A program made the translations under genes and the position numbers. The notes under the pieces were generated by a model that searched no databases, was not told the origin of the DNA, and saw only the letters and a program-made list of their open reading frames with translations. From Lingula anatina (Eukaryota > Animalia > Brachiopoda), in assembly GCA_051362555.1 (NCBI GenBank), contig CM120645.1, forward strand, positions 1,984,001 through 2,048,000: a stretch of DNA of 64,000 nt. Reading direction: 5' to 3'. Numbering within the stretch: position 1 is the first letter of the stretch; every line of letters begins with the position of its first letter. Positions 13,495 to 25,962 of this stretch are shown here, piece after piece.

Positions 13495-14276
13495 TTATTC
13501 CTTTGCAGCCTGTAAATGGACAAAATGACGTCAATAAAAACGAATAATAAATGCGATATAAGCTAATTATATTTTCATTACAATTTTTCTTAGATATTAA
13601 AACGTTTTCAATGGATTTTTACAATATTACATATTTTCAACGTGCAGCAATGAAGGTACCTTTGTATTTTTCACGCATATGCCGACAAAGTCAAAGTTGT
13701 ACCATTCCACGTCAGCCTTCTCCACCCCAGTCTCTACATTGGAGCAAGTGAGAGCTTTTTCACACCTGAAATAGAACAAAATTATAAATAGTCCAGAAAC
13801 TGAAGGCTGTACTGTTAAATATATATAATAAGCTTTATTTTCGCAAATACTGTAAATGCATTCTAGGCTAGAAGCCTTTTAAGGTTGAAAAGGCTTAAAA
13901 GCTTTATTTACGAAAATAAAGTCTATTATGTATGTAAAAACAGCTCTTAATGAGACATTCATTATAATTCCCTACCTGGGTCTCCAGGCGCCGCACGGCT
14001 CCTTCTCCTTGCTGGCGCACACGTCACAACAACCGCATTTCACACGCACTGCCTCGCAATCTGCCGGTAGAGGGCGACACTGCTCCTTTTCCACCCTGGA
14101 GACAAGGTTTCCTTTGGCGTCTGTGGAAAGTAAATGAAAATGTAGTGCTCATATCGTATCTTAGGCGTTTTATTCTTTGGACATTTGGTGAAGTAAAAAA
14201 AAATTGAAGTCTTAATTTGTAAAATGAAAACGAAATGGCTTTCATCGGTCAAGGGAAAAGTGTTGGCTAGCCCCCC

Positions 14277-14318
<42 letters not shown>

Positions 14319-16435
14319 AATGAATTCGGCCTACATCAATCGTTACAGCGTCACGGCCTGAACTTTTCTCGTCTGTCGATTAGTCCCCAGCAGAGTGGGA
14401 GAATGTTAACAACTGTGAAACAAGCCATACGACCCAGCTAATCTGTCTGCTGTTTTCGTGTTTTGCTATTTGGAACTTGTCTTGGCTGTAATCTCTGCAA
14501 AAGCTTTCCTTTGGCTGTTAGAGTTGTTAAAACTTTGTATTTTTTACTTTTTAAACGTCAACCTTAAATACGTTTTTTAAAACCCATCATTGATTACATC
14601 GTAGAAATCGCTACCATGATGGTAACTTAAATAGCTCATTTAAAAAAAATCATGTTTAAAGTTTTGTAAAAGAGACGAAAAAAGAGGGAAACCCTCCACT
14701 TTTTATTTCTCGCAAGAATGTTTCAGCGAATTGACATTTTCACCTTAGACTTTGCTCCTTCAATCACAGGGATAATCTTACACAACCTGTTATAATACTT
14801 GCTGTTTATTTTCCGAAAGAGTGCTCACCGGAAAATTGCTTCGCGTCTAGAACAAATTAACTTGTTTCTGCAGCTTGCGGTTGATAAATCGACTCGTAAT
14901 CTGGGTTTGTTGAAGTCGGGAACTTGCTTAAATCGCATCTCGTCCTTTTATATGAATATATAGGGCGCATTGAAAAACGTTTTATGCCTGTTGTATTTAG
15001 AAACACCTCTGTTCCTCCATTTTTTTTTTTTGTACAATCGTGGGCGTTTTTTTTTTTTAATTTTATTTATTTATTTTTTTCATGTCAGTTCAAAACACCC
15101 TTAGCTTGAGTGGAAACTCGCCCCCACGTGCTACCAGTAGAGATGTGGGTTTTCGGTGTCTTATTTAATTCGGGGTAATAATACCAGAAGTTATAGAAAT
15201 AAACAGCAACAATGAACAGACGGTCAGACCCAAAACCTGATGCCTCATTAGTCAAACATGGGGAGGTTAGTCCTTAAGTGAACCGACGGCGTCTCCTTGG
15301 TCCATTAGGCTAGTGGCACTTAAACCGAAACAACGCCCTAACGTCACAGGTAGCAATAAACGAAACTGCCAGCGTAAAAACTGGAAAAAATGACCAGTGA
15401 TTGAGAAGGTGGTAGATGTTTTCGCAGGTTCTACGTTTTACGAGACGTGGGATAAAGAATTGTATTGTCTGATATCAAGCAGATTATAAATTTAGTTGCA
15501 AATTTCAAAAAGATGATTTTTTTCTGATTTAAATCCATATACATGTATGTACGCCATACTAGAAATAATTTGATGCCACTTATTTGAAGGCTGAATGCAG
15601 ACATTTCGGTCAGTCGCCAGTTGTATTTTCAAAAGAAAAAAGTCCTAATGGCTCAAATTAAATGAACCTGTCAGTGTCAGCTCCACAGGTAGGCGGTTTG
15701 GGGGTGGACTGTAATCAACTGGGGTCAGTATTTGAACAACATCGGTCCAGACGTCTGGACTCTTAACCAGAATTACCACTGAGAATTTTCAGTGTAGGAA
15801 AACAATCTTCTCGTAACAATCTCATCGATGACGCGATTTGCTACTCTATTCAGTCTGAAATCGCCTTAGTCTGAACAGGCACCGTTAGATATTGCCATCC
15901 TTAGATAAATAACAGACTACTGTCATTTTAATGAATTTTTGACAAGTAGTTTATCGACAAGCAGCTTATCTATAGTTTTTAGGATATATCGAAGTGACTA
16001 GATTTTGATTTTGCTTGGCTTTAGAATCTGCAATAACAAAGTAACAAAGTATAGAATTTGGTCGTTTTCTGATTAGATTGTGCAAATCTAGCTAAGACGT
16101 TTTAAGACTGTGTGTTTCAATTTGTGCTGGTCTCCAGTGAATTGGTATTATATAAAGAGAGCCTCACTGCGTCTCAACAGCGCCGCACTTCGTTAAATAT
16201 CGCAAGCTTGAAAAAAAATCGCAAGAGAGCTTCTGCAGATAACGCTTAAAGCTATTGGCATTATTTTATCAAAACAAGCAAGAAAATATTGGATTAAGGC
16301 TTCATGCACAAGGCCGAATATAGTGGAATCTGGCAACGGTTATGGAGATTATTATCGAATTTGTTTCTTGACTCACTCGGGTCACGTGTTAGCAGAGAGC
16401 TGCACAGCAAAGGTTGTAAAGAAATTTTGGCGATA

Positions 16436-16500
<65 letters not shown>

Positions 16501-19500
16501 GGGGGAGAGAGAGGGAAGGGGAGAAAGAGAGAGAGATAAGAGAGAGAGAGAGAGAGAGGCAGGGAGGGAGAGGTGGAAGAAATTTGTGAAAGTTTTGTAT
16601 TTGCATGGTTCAATGTGTTTTGGCTGTCTCTCGTGAAAAATGGTAAAAAAGTTAATCGCTCCTTAGGAGACCAAATGAATTTTTACGTGTGAGACATCAC
16701 GACCCTTCAAATATTCTTGATCATATGACCAAATCGGTTACTTTCATCAATTTTTTTTTTTTTTTTTTTTTGCTTTTTCTAGAGGTAACATTGATTATAA
16801 ATAACACAGATAAGTTCTTCCTCGTAACGCATATTTTCCTTATCAAGCTAATGGAAGACACCCTCGGAGCCATAGTATCGAAATGCATTATCAGGTGTTT
16901 GATCGTGAACTTTTCACTGCTAAAAGTGCACAGGGGCAAACCTATTGACAAACTCAGTGTTAAAGGAACATTTAATACGTTCTTGCTTACGCCGAAGCTC
17001 TTTATAAATGTGGCAGTCTAGTTCATGAATGACGACTACGCCAAGACAAAAATATTACATTTGAAACGCCTATTTTGTTATTTTTTACAGTTTAGAGCGC
17101 CTGCCATTAAAACACTGGTAAAACTTTGACAGGACCGTTTGAAATTGAATTTTTCTCGCAGAAACCTGCCTTTACTTATTTGTTATGTCGTGTGTATTCA
17201 GAGTCTCAAGACGCGTTTAGTCGTCTTACGAACTGTTAGCGTTTTACATGTACTTACTCAACAAGAAAAAACTCCACATGAATCCATTGTTTTACCTCAC
17301 GTCAAGTGGAGAGCTGTGCATCATACCGTAAGTGAATTTGACTTCAGTCAAAACAGATTTGACGATGAGGTCTAAAAGCGATGAAGAGTTTGACAAGAGC
17401 GCTGACCCGGACACGTATGTGGTGTTAGAAGTGTTTCAGATTTACAACCCTGAGATTTTGATCTTTTGATTTCAGTTAAAAAGAGCTAGGAGAATATGAA
17501 ATGTTATTACATCTACATCGCACTTGAAAAACATCTGCTGAAGAGGATAAAAGTTGCAATGAAAAAAATGTTTGGCGCTCTTCGAAACAGATCTCGAAAA
17601 AAAAAAAAGAAAAGAAAAGAAAGAATTGTGACTAAGGCGTACTAGCTGTTTCAAAAAAGCAAAAGAAAATGATTGGGAGATTTGGAGATTTGTGAGGAAT
17701 ACGGGTATTGCTCTCCAACGAGAAATGGTGCAACCAATCAGATAATTTTATTTATCAAAATGCAGAGAAAATGTGGCTACTGTTCTCACATTAAGTCCCT
17801 ATCGAGAAGGCGTTTAAATCCATTCTTTTTTTATGATGAGTGATTCACTGTGTTGAACGAGAGGGCTGGGTGGAGTTAGCGATGATGACGTAGTCGCACC
17901 TGCCAAACATCTAGTTCCAGCAAGACTCTTGTTTTACAAGATTTTGTAAGGTCAGGTTTGGAAGTCATTTTTGGAGCTAATAAAAACCGTTTGCTATCTG
18001 TTTTCGGTCAAAAAATCGCATATTTTGAAGATTTTTGGCAACTGTTATCTATAACAAATTTACATACCAAGAAATGTGTTAAAATTGAATCGAAGACGAA
18101 CATCTTAAGAATTTTTCAAGGAACACTAAAAATAATAATGGAATTATCAAAACAGCATTGATCTAAAAGTGAACAAATAAAATCGTTTTACCTGTTCTTC
18201 TTGTGAATAACCTCATGGAATTCGCAAGCTATTTGAAATAATAATAATAATAATATAATAATAATTTATTTACTAAAATCGCAACCTAATAGGTTGAAGT
18301 TTTACAATGCGTCTTAAATAATAAAATCATAAGGTATTTTAAAATTAACTAAGAATTATAAACTAAACTAAAAGGACCAAAGACTTATAAGACAGTTTGA
18401 AGCAGTAATTTACATAAAATTTAAAAGACTGTGTATTATAAAAGATGATTTAAAACGCTCCGTTTTTACCTTTGGTATTAAAAATTTGTTGCTGACCCTG
18501 AGATTTCTTGGGTTCTTTTGTTTAAACAGATGGTGTAGCTTATTAAAATTCTTGATTTTTGTAAAAAAGTTCTTAAGTAAAACGACTCTTCTCTCCCTCA
18601 GAGAGGTGAGATTACTAGCCTGTAGGGCATCCTTGTAAGTATAAAATGGGTAAATAATTCTAAGAGCTCTCCTTTGAACAGATTCTAAGCATTCACATTG
18701 TTCAGCTGTAAGACCAGGCCCCCACACAGGGCATGCATATTCTAGGACTGATCTAATTATTGATTGATATATAACTATTAGATCCTCAGTGGCCAGATTT
18801 GCCCTTTTCAACTGCCTTAGATAAAAAAGCTTGGCACAAGACTTTGAATAAATTAACTGCACATGTTCTGTCCACTTGAGATCAGGGGTCAGAGTTACTC
18901 CTAGTAGCTTAAATTTACTCACTTTTTCTACAATTTCTCCATCTACCAATAGTGTTGGAATGATATCTATACATTTGGTAAAGTTAAAATCCATACATTT
19001 TGTCTTCTTTACATTTAATTTCATATTGTTATTTCTAACCCAATTTTCAAGTTGCTCTATTGCCTGTGGAAGTAGTGATTTTTGGCCAAACTGACAAAGT
19101 TCATAAATAGATGTATCATCAACAAATTTTATATCTGGGCAGCAGGTTTTTAGATCATTTATCATTGCTATGAACAGGATTGGACCTAACTTTGTCCCCT
19201 GAGGTACCCCTCCGTTAAGCTGGACCCAGTCAGATTTACACTGACCACATTTCACTCTCTGATATCTTTGGCATAAAAAGGAGAAAATCCACTTCCTAAT
19301 AAACTCTGGAATCCCTTGACTGCCCAGTTTTTCAATTAAGATGCTGTGGTCTATTCTGTCAAATGCCTTTGAAAAATCTAAAAATAAAACTTGTGAATAA
19401 GATTTGGTTTTAGCAGATGGTTCGAGACCTTCTAGTATTTTGTGAGTCAGCTCTACTAGGGCGTGGGTAGTAGAGCTATTTTTGACTACTCCAAATTGGG

Positions 19501-21464
19501 ACTTATCGATTTGCAGGCTACTCATCACCCATTTTGCCACAAATGACTCCAATATTTTACTCAACACTGGTGTAAGCGATATTGGTCTAAGATCAGCCTC
19601 TATCACTTTTGGTTGGTTAACTTTTGGGACGGGGATTACCTCTGCAGATTTCCAAGTGTCAGGTACATATCCCTCTCTGATAGAGCTATTAAAAATTGCG
19701 CACAAGGGCTTGGAAAGGAAGCCTGCAAAATCTCTGATGACCCAATTTGGAATTTGGTCAGGACCTAAAGCCTTTGAGAGCTTAACATCAGAGAGAAGTT
19801 TTTCGACATCATTTACGCTAATAGTAAACTCATCTGGTACTACATAGTTCTGTTGGCCATTTTCAGCCGGTGTAAGAGGAGTCAAATTGCTACTAACACT
19901 TTGAAAAAATTCGTTGATCTTTTTTACTAGAACCTGGTAATTACCATTTGATGTGCTATCAGCAAGTGACTCTAATGAACATTTATTGTTATTCAAACCT
20001 GCTAGCTCTTTGGATTTCTTCCACCAAGTGGAAGAGTCAGACTGTTTTAGTGATTCTATTTTGTTTTTGTAAAACGATGATTTCAGTTTCTTATTGGTTC
20101 TGTTAACTTTGTTTCTGATGCTATGTGAGAGTTTGGTGTCTCCCTCTCTGAAAGCTCTCTGGCGCTGTTTGATAAGATCCTTGAAGTCGGTGGTTATCCA
20201 GGGTTTGTCGGTAGTGTGTCTTGTGGATTCTTTTATTGGGAGGTACGTATCAAGGAGCTCATTCATTGTCTTTTCAAAGTATTGAAACTGCTCGGAACAT
20301 GAACATTAAACATTAAACATCTCTTTTCTTTCACATAAGAATCACTCTCTTTGGTAATGTCTTCAATGTCATTTTACTGAATTTAACAGACACACAGCAA
20401 GCTCTGGCACATTAACAAGTGTGTGAACCATACAGCTAAGCTCTTACATGTGGATATATACATTTCAAAGTCAGTGACGACTGGTCAGAAAACACACAGC
20501 CCAGAACACGTAAACACCACACGTAACTATACAATTATAGCTTTCCTGCACTCAATTAGCCTAGTATTTAGCTATAATTGCCGGCGTTTTTTGATTTACG
20601 ATTGGAAAAAAGAGTAATACCTACGCTAAATGTGCTTTTTATCCTGTTGAAGTGAATGATAAGAGGTCATGGTCAGCGGTGTATTCTGAGGGTACATTAA
20701 AGGTTTATTAATAAATGGCACATTCCACAAATAATAAAATTGACCAAACACAAGCGCAAAATTTCAAAGAAAGATGTTTATAGATCCAGGTATCCTTGAG
20801 TCGGCATTCGTTTTGTTTGTTGCTCTTGTGGTGAGTGGTAAAGCAACTGCGCGGTGGTTTACCTCAGTGCTCAAAAACCGCAAGAGACATTATAGATATA
20901 TCTAACGCGACCCTCTCCATGTTACAAATAGTAATACCGCATGATATACTACAGTGCTTTTAACAGAAACAAGGTTCATAAGGCTCGTGTTGGAACGCGG
21001 CATAGTACAGTGTGTAGGAGAAAAACCTCCCAGCTTGATACATGATATATGTTTTGTGTTCAGTTTTGTCATTTTTTTTTTTTTTTGACAAATGATATTT
21101 GAATTTTTGCGCAAATGCCAAGAACCCATGCTCGTCTTTAAAAATTAGACAAAAGAAAGACAAAAATGAAGAAAATAAGAAAGGAAAACGGTTCTGATAT
21201 TGGTGGTGAAAACGTAATGCAGTAGCATAGTTCGTCTGCAGTGGCCGGGTAATGTCATAATCGTTCTAAAGTTTTCAAAGATCGTTCTAGGGGTACCTTG
21301 AATTAAAAGGACTTACCCTGTACGATCGAAATCTGCTCACATGGCTTGCAGTGTACCAGATCAGCGGAATCCTTAGTGAGAATGAAACCGTCAGAAAGCA
21401 GGAACAACCCGGCAACCACAACTATTAAGAATAAGGCTCCTGTACTCCGACTCGGTGCCTCCAT
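13495..21464 (-). CDS. Perlustrin-like / single IGFBP N-terminal-domain secreted protein, 137 aa, 4 exons
   Basis: complement join(21317-21464,13976-14120,13660-13765,13495-13509), GT-AG introns, phases 1/2/0, 414 nt. Protein: MEAPSRSTGALFLIVVVAGLFLLSDGFILTKDSADLVHCKPCEQISIVQDAKGNLVSRVEKEQCRPLPADCEAVRVKCGCCDVCASKEKEPCGAWRPRCEKALTCSNVETGVEKADVEWYNFDFVGICVKNTKAAKE*. It has a signal peptide, 12 Cys, the IGFBP CGCCxxC motif, and a V-x-W...DF-x-G-x-C tail like abalone perlustrin (recalled). The last micro-exon is less certain; read-through gives ...TKVPSLLHVENM*. Confidence 0.85.
14270..14317. repeat. Poly-C followed by (CT)n
   Basis: Direct reading. Confidence 0.9.
16438..16572. repeat. Compound (TG)n(AG)n microsatellite with a purine-rich tail
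   Basis: Direct reading. Confidence 0.9.
18237..20300 (-). mobile_element. 5'-truncated non-LTR retrotransposon (L2/CR1 group, Crack/Daphne-like)
   Basis: Uninterrupted RT ORF with no endonuclease domain or ORF1. The 3' UTR has a hairpin CAACCTA-A-TAGGTTG (18282-18296), then AATAAA (minus strand, 18270-18265) and a (TTA)n tail. No TSD evident. Lies in intron 1 of the perlustrin-like gene. Confidence 0.92.
18410..20266 (-). CDS. LINE ORF2 reverse transcriptase (partial, lacks the APE endonuclease)
   Basis: Motifs KPWIT, KALGPDQIP, LRPISLTPVLSKILE, QFG, FLDFSKAFDRIDH, GVPQGTKLGPILF, FVDD, KLLGV, YQSIIRSVLEYACPVW, LESVQRRALRII. Confidence 0.93.
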   Translation of the reverse strand: MNELLDTYLPIKESTRHTTDKPWITTDFKDLIKQRQRAFREGDTKLSHSIRNKVNRTNKKLKSSFYKNKIESLKQSDSSTWWKKSKELAGLNNNKCSLESLADSTSNGNYQVLVKKINEFFQSVSSNLTPLTPAENGQQNYVVPDEFTISVNDVEKLLSDVKLSKALGPDQIPNWVIRDFAGFLSKPLCAIFNSSIREGYVPDTWKSAEVIPVPKVNQPKVIEADLRPISLTPVLSKILESFVAKWVMSSLQIDKSQFGVVKNSSTTHALVELTHKILEGLEPSAKTKSYSQVLFLDFSKAFDRIDHSILIEKLGSQGIPEFIRKWIFSFLCQRYQRVKCGQCKSDWVQLNGGVPQGTKLGPILFIAMINDLKTCCPDIKFVDDTSIYELCQFGQKSLLPQAIEQLENWVRNNNMKLNVKKTKCMDFNFTKCIDIIPTLLVDGEIVEKVSKFKLLGVTLTPDLKWTEHVQLIYSKSCAKLFYLRQLKRANLATEDLIVIYQSIIRSVLEYACPVWGPGLTAEQCECLESVQRRALRIIYPFYTYKDALQASNLTSLRERRVVLLKNFFTKIKNFNKLHHLFKQKNPRNLRVSNKFLIPKVKTERFKSSFIIHSLLNFM

Positions 21465-23479
21465 TGCGCCTACAGACCCCGGAACCAACGCTTCACGCAA
21501 ATTAACGAAAGGGCGAGACTTCCCTATGTGCTGGCTTCTTCTTCTAGCAGACAAATTCTATTATCTTCCTCCGTCAGGTTGCCAAACTTGAAGCTATCAA
21601 AAAACGTCCTTCGATTGGTTAAAGAGGGAAAAGAAAAGTGTTTCAGTTCCTTCGAGAGAAATTCTATTATCTCATGTGCGAGTTGCCAATATAGCAGTTT
21701 CAACTGATAGTGCAAATAAAGGAAATTAGCGTTACTGGCAAAGTCTCAATTTTCACGTAATGTCGTCTGCTTTGTTCGATTTGATTGACTGCTAGCGAGT
21801 ACCTGCTCGGGTTAGGAGAGAAACGCTCATTTTATACAAATTGAACTAACTGGCAGGTTTCACCCATTTCCGAATTGCCCTATCCTAGGTGGAAGGGGGA
21901 ATAGTTCATTCTCCGAAAACATACAGGACTAAGTAGAGACAGGCCCTGGTTTGCTGTGAGTCATAGGCCAAATTCACACTAGGCACCACTTAGACCGGTT
22001 TTGGTCGTGGCCTGAGCCAGCCTAAAGTCTACACGGCGCTTCTATGCAGCGAGTAACAGAGAGAGAAAATGCCTGCTATTAAGTATACAGGAATGGCGAT
22101 CCGTTCACCGCAAGGTCAAGCAATCAACTAGGATATGTTGCAAGCGTGTTTTATAACTGTTGTTGACCACTTGTGGTAAACCGTGCGGGCTAGAGTGGAC
22201 GGTTTTCGTAGATTTTGAGGCCCTGTTTCAATGAAAACCCTCAAAACAAACGCAGTCGTTGAGGAGATGGATTAGCGTAAATGGGAGAAGGCAATGGGTT
22301 TAATATGCTGTTTTTGTCATTATCATTTCATAAATAATAAAACTGACAATTCCTAATTTCCGTTCCACTCTTCGAAACGCTCAGATTCTGTTGATTATGA
22401 TTCAAGTCCAATAAAAAAAGAGATCGCCTGCTTTGTTTCCATTCTAACTTCCGCTGATCACCTGATAAAACAGTTCCTGGAGGGCCAGTTTGAGAAAATA
22501 CACAAGAAACATGCATTTTGATCATTTTCATTGGAGGCTTGGGCATTTCATTTAACCTAGCGCACAATATGCGATCATTTCCTAGATTTAACTGAAGAAA
22601 ACGCATTTATTTGCTACCAGTAAATACGCCTGTGCACTTCTTGTCTTACGTTATATTACAGTATCATTGAAATAGCGCAGTTGGCTGTTACATAATATAC
22701 GTTAATTCGAACCACTCGACCCATTTTCAACACGTACCTGTTAGTTGGAAAATGCACAAGTTTCTTGTCTTGTTACTTAACCTGTGTTACACCTTACGTG
22801 TATTCTGCTCATCTCTGACCATGCTTTCGCTTCGTATAATACACTGTGTTATTATTGTTACCAAGAGAACTACTGCTTTTAAGGACTGTGGTACATAGTT
22901 CCGGTAAAGACGGGATGTAATGAGGGCTTGGAAAAAATAACTACCTTTAACACGAGCCACAGAGAGATTTACCACCAGAATTTTGCGAAAATTACTGCAC
23001 TCTGTCTAGCGAAAACGTTTTGCACAGAAATGACGTCATTACCTAGCCAGCCTCTGGCTGAGAGGGTTTTGGTAAAGCCAGAACACGAGGCATGGGAATG
23101 TGGTAGCTGAGATTGCAAGTAAGCGGTTTCGACAGGTGCGATGTAAAAATTGTGTTTGTTGGTATTTGTGTTTTGCTGCCGTTTTGCTTAGAAACAAAAG
23201 GGGGAACTAGTTTCATTTCAATAAATTTTCTTCAATTAACACCATCACATTAGGATTAAAGAACCTGTTATTTTGTCTAAAAGAAAATTAAGATAAACTG
23301 CAGCAAACTTGAAGCACAAACACATTTATCGTGTAAACTAGTTTGTAATACAGGTACATTTTCTAGAAAAGCAACAAATACAAAAAAGGTTAATCAACAA
23401 GTGCATTAATAAGAATAATAATAACAAAAAAGATTTTGCCCTCCATCTTTTAAAAAGGACTTTATAATCGCGCCCACCC

Positions 23480-25962
23480 TCAGGAAAATAACCACCGGAG
23501 GAAACTCAAGAACGCTTCAACAATTTTCCACCCCTTACTACCAAACGTGCACAAAGAGTAGGCATAGTCTGAGCTATATTGCCGAGCAGTGTAGACCACC
23601 ATGTCACTGGGCTGCCTGTAGTTCTCTGAAAGCTGCCGTCTCTCGGCTGCCAGGAGCTCTGTATGTGGCGTGATGGGGAGACCGGACTTGTAGGCCAAAA
23701 TGCTCAAAGCAGTCTGATCGTACCTGTGGTTTAAGAGCATGGACCCAGGCGGCGTGATGCACTCCGGTGTTAAAGCGCACGCTTTCAGTGGGAGGAGAAT
23801 GTCAATGTAAGCGCGGCTTCCTCTCACCCATCCTTGTAAGTTGCCGGAATACGAGGGCTTTTTGAGGAATTCCTCTTTGCTGGAAGAAAAATATTTGAAG
23901 GTGGCGTTATGAGAGAAGAGCGTCATGTCTTCGTCTTGGCCTTGCACCAAGAAGTGGCCATCTTGGCTCAAATATTTGTCGATTTTTTTCAGCGGCCCAC
24001 GGACATCGCTTCCTGCGTCTATCCATAAGATTTTACCGTATTTGTCAACGGCATCTTTCATTATCACGGGTTTCCAGGCGTATTCCTTTAACACGCTGAC
24101 GTGCGCTGGATATTGAGCGAAATCAAATGGCAATAAAGTTGTCCAGCACCACTGAGAAATCAAACGTTTTTGAAAATTGGCCAAACCGAGGTCGTAAACC
24201 ACGATGTTCGTCCGCGGTTCCCAAAAATGAATAGACCCGACTAAGTTCCGTAAACCGCCGAAGTAGCCGTCGCTGGCTCCTGTAACCACAGTAAAATTGA
24301 GTGTGTCGCTCGGGGGAGACTCTGTCGCCGGATGTGACGCCACTCTTAGTGTTGGTGCCGGAATGTTTTCTCTCGCGTTGGCTGCTGGTTTTTGAATGGT
24401 TTTTACTCCTGGAAATAGATGGAATAATATTGTGACATTTCATGATCACCAAAACAGATACATTCATTATTTCCATTGTAGGCCCCTACCTAATTCTGTA
24501 TTCAATTGGCTTATTTAACGTCTGTATTTCTCATCTACCTATATTTTTGGGTAAAAGTATAATACTTTATAATACTGTATACTAGTACATGCTTTTTATA
24601 CAGTATAATAAGATAATTAATTCACCTTATATGCTAAGTAAAGAAGTGCAGGCTTGTATCTTATTAAACTCAACTAAACATTCTACAGTACATTTGCCGA
24701 GAAGACTTGTGTATGGCCTAATTGTTGAAAACGACTACGATTATCTTGTCGCCTGAGCTTCCTAGAACTCATACAATAAAACACCACAGCGTTAATTATT
24801 GCTTTCAAGCTAACTTCATTAAAACCTTGCTTCAGCCTAAATTCAATCAATAAGACACTAAAAGATTCCTAATGGTATACAGCTTACGAACAGCAATTTA
24901 GAGCAATCGTAATTCAATAGAACGTACTCTTTGTATCTTGTATCGTTTGGAGAGTCGTTTTAGTGCCAAATTTACGAGTCTCCCATGACAGTGATAATTT
25001 TATCTGAAGAAGTTATCTGTCGCTAAATCCGGGCATAGACATACACGTGCCATGCCAAAATAGGTACGTCCGTCAAAATAAGAACGTATAGTATGGTGAT
25101 TAACAAGAAAGAAGCGCAGCAAAGTTTTAGCTTTTACAGCAATTTTTTTATTTCAAAACATGTCTAAATAATGAATATGGATTTAGAAATAACCATAGTG
25201 GGGTAGTAAAACACGAGGGATCCCGTGCTAATGATTTAAATGTTACTGAGTGCTCAATGTCGCAAATAGCCTATCAAAACTGGGGAAAATCATAAAAAAT
25301 ACCTTCTGAACCGTGATGTCTCTCAATTTGTGCTTTGAATTTCAATGTATTATTATGTTGTCCGCTTTGAAAGTAATTGAACGAAGGTTAATTTAACGCA
25401 CCATATAGAGAACATCGCAGAGACAAATCTATTTTGACAGTGGGCAGATTTTTGTATGACTCATGAAGGGTTCATAAAGGGGGAGGGGAGGGGGGGGCCC
25501 AACCAAGCTTTTTTGTCTTCTTAAGAGAGTTTTTAATGGTTCATACATCACCGTTCACCTTGCAAGCATAGAACGTTTTATAACGTTACTATAACGTGAC
25601 CATAACGTCATTTATGGGATATATAAACGTTAGGGTAGCGTTATAGAATAACGTTCTGTAAATACGCTGGGCACCTTACTACGAGAGACAGCTTAGCCTA
25701 CTAACCATAGAGTGAGCAGATAGATAGATAGATAGATAGCTAAATAGATAGATAGAACAGCAAATAAAAATAGAAGAATGAATATTACGACAAGCAAACA
25801 AACTAACAAATTGGTTATACATTTAATAGTCGGGAGAAGATACCCACCATTTCTTTCATCTGGACGCGGCAGACGCCATAATATCACCAAACATATTAGC
25901 GCCAGTAAAGGCAATATGTAAGACTTTCTTAGATATTTATTTAATCGACGTCGAGTAGACAT
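23480..25962 (-). CDS. DUF1647-like type II membrane putative glycosyltransferase, 347 aa, 2 exons
   Basis: complement join(25848-25962,23480-24408); donor G|GTGGGT, acceptor TATTTCCAG|, frame consistent (1044 nt). Basic cytoplasmic tail MSTRRRLNKYLRK, TM YILPLLALICLVILW, Pro/Thr-rich stem, then VTGASDGYF, VVYDLGL, YAWKPVI, LWIDAGS, CALTPECITPPGS, HRYDQTAL, matching DUF1647 (PF07801)-type proteins as recalled. Confidence 0.8.
25568..25671. mobile_element. Probable MITE fragment with reiterated (T)AACGTT motifs ending in GCTGGG
   Basis: About six AACGT(T) units in ~100 bp followed by a GCTGGG terminus. Intronic; only one end visible. Confidence 0.35.

Noticed and set aside
18876-20285. Plus-strand ORFs over the LINE
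   Set aside because: Antisense shadows of the RT ORF.
21465-21554. N-terminal extension of the perlustrin-like ORF (MSARRRSQ...)
   Set aside because: It begins at a TTG; the first ATG (21464) directly precedes a good signal peptide.
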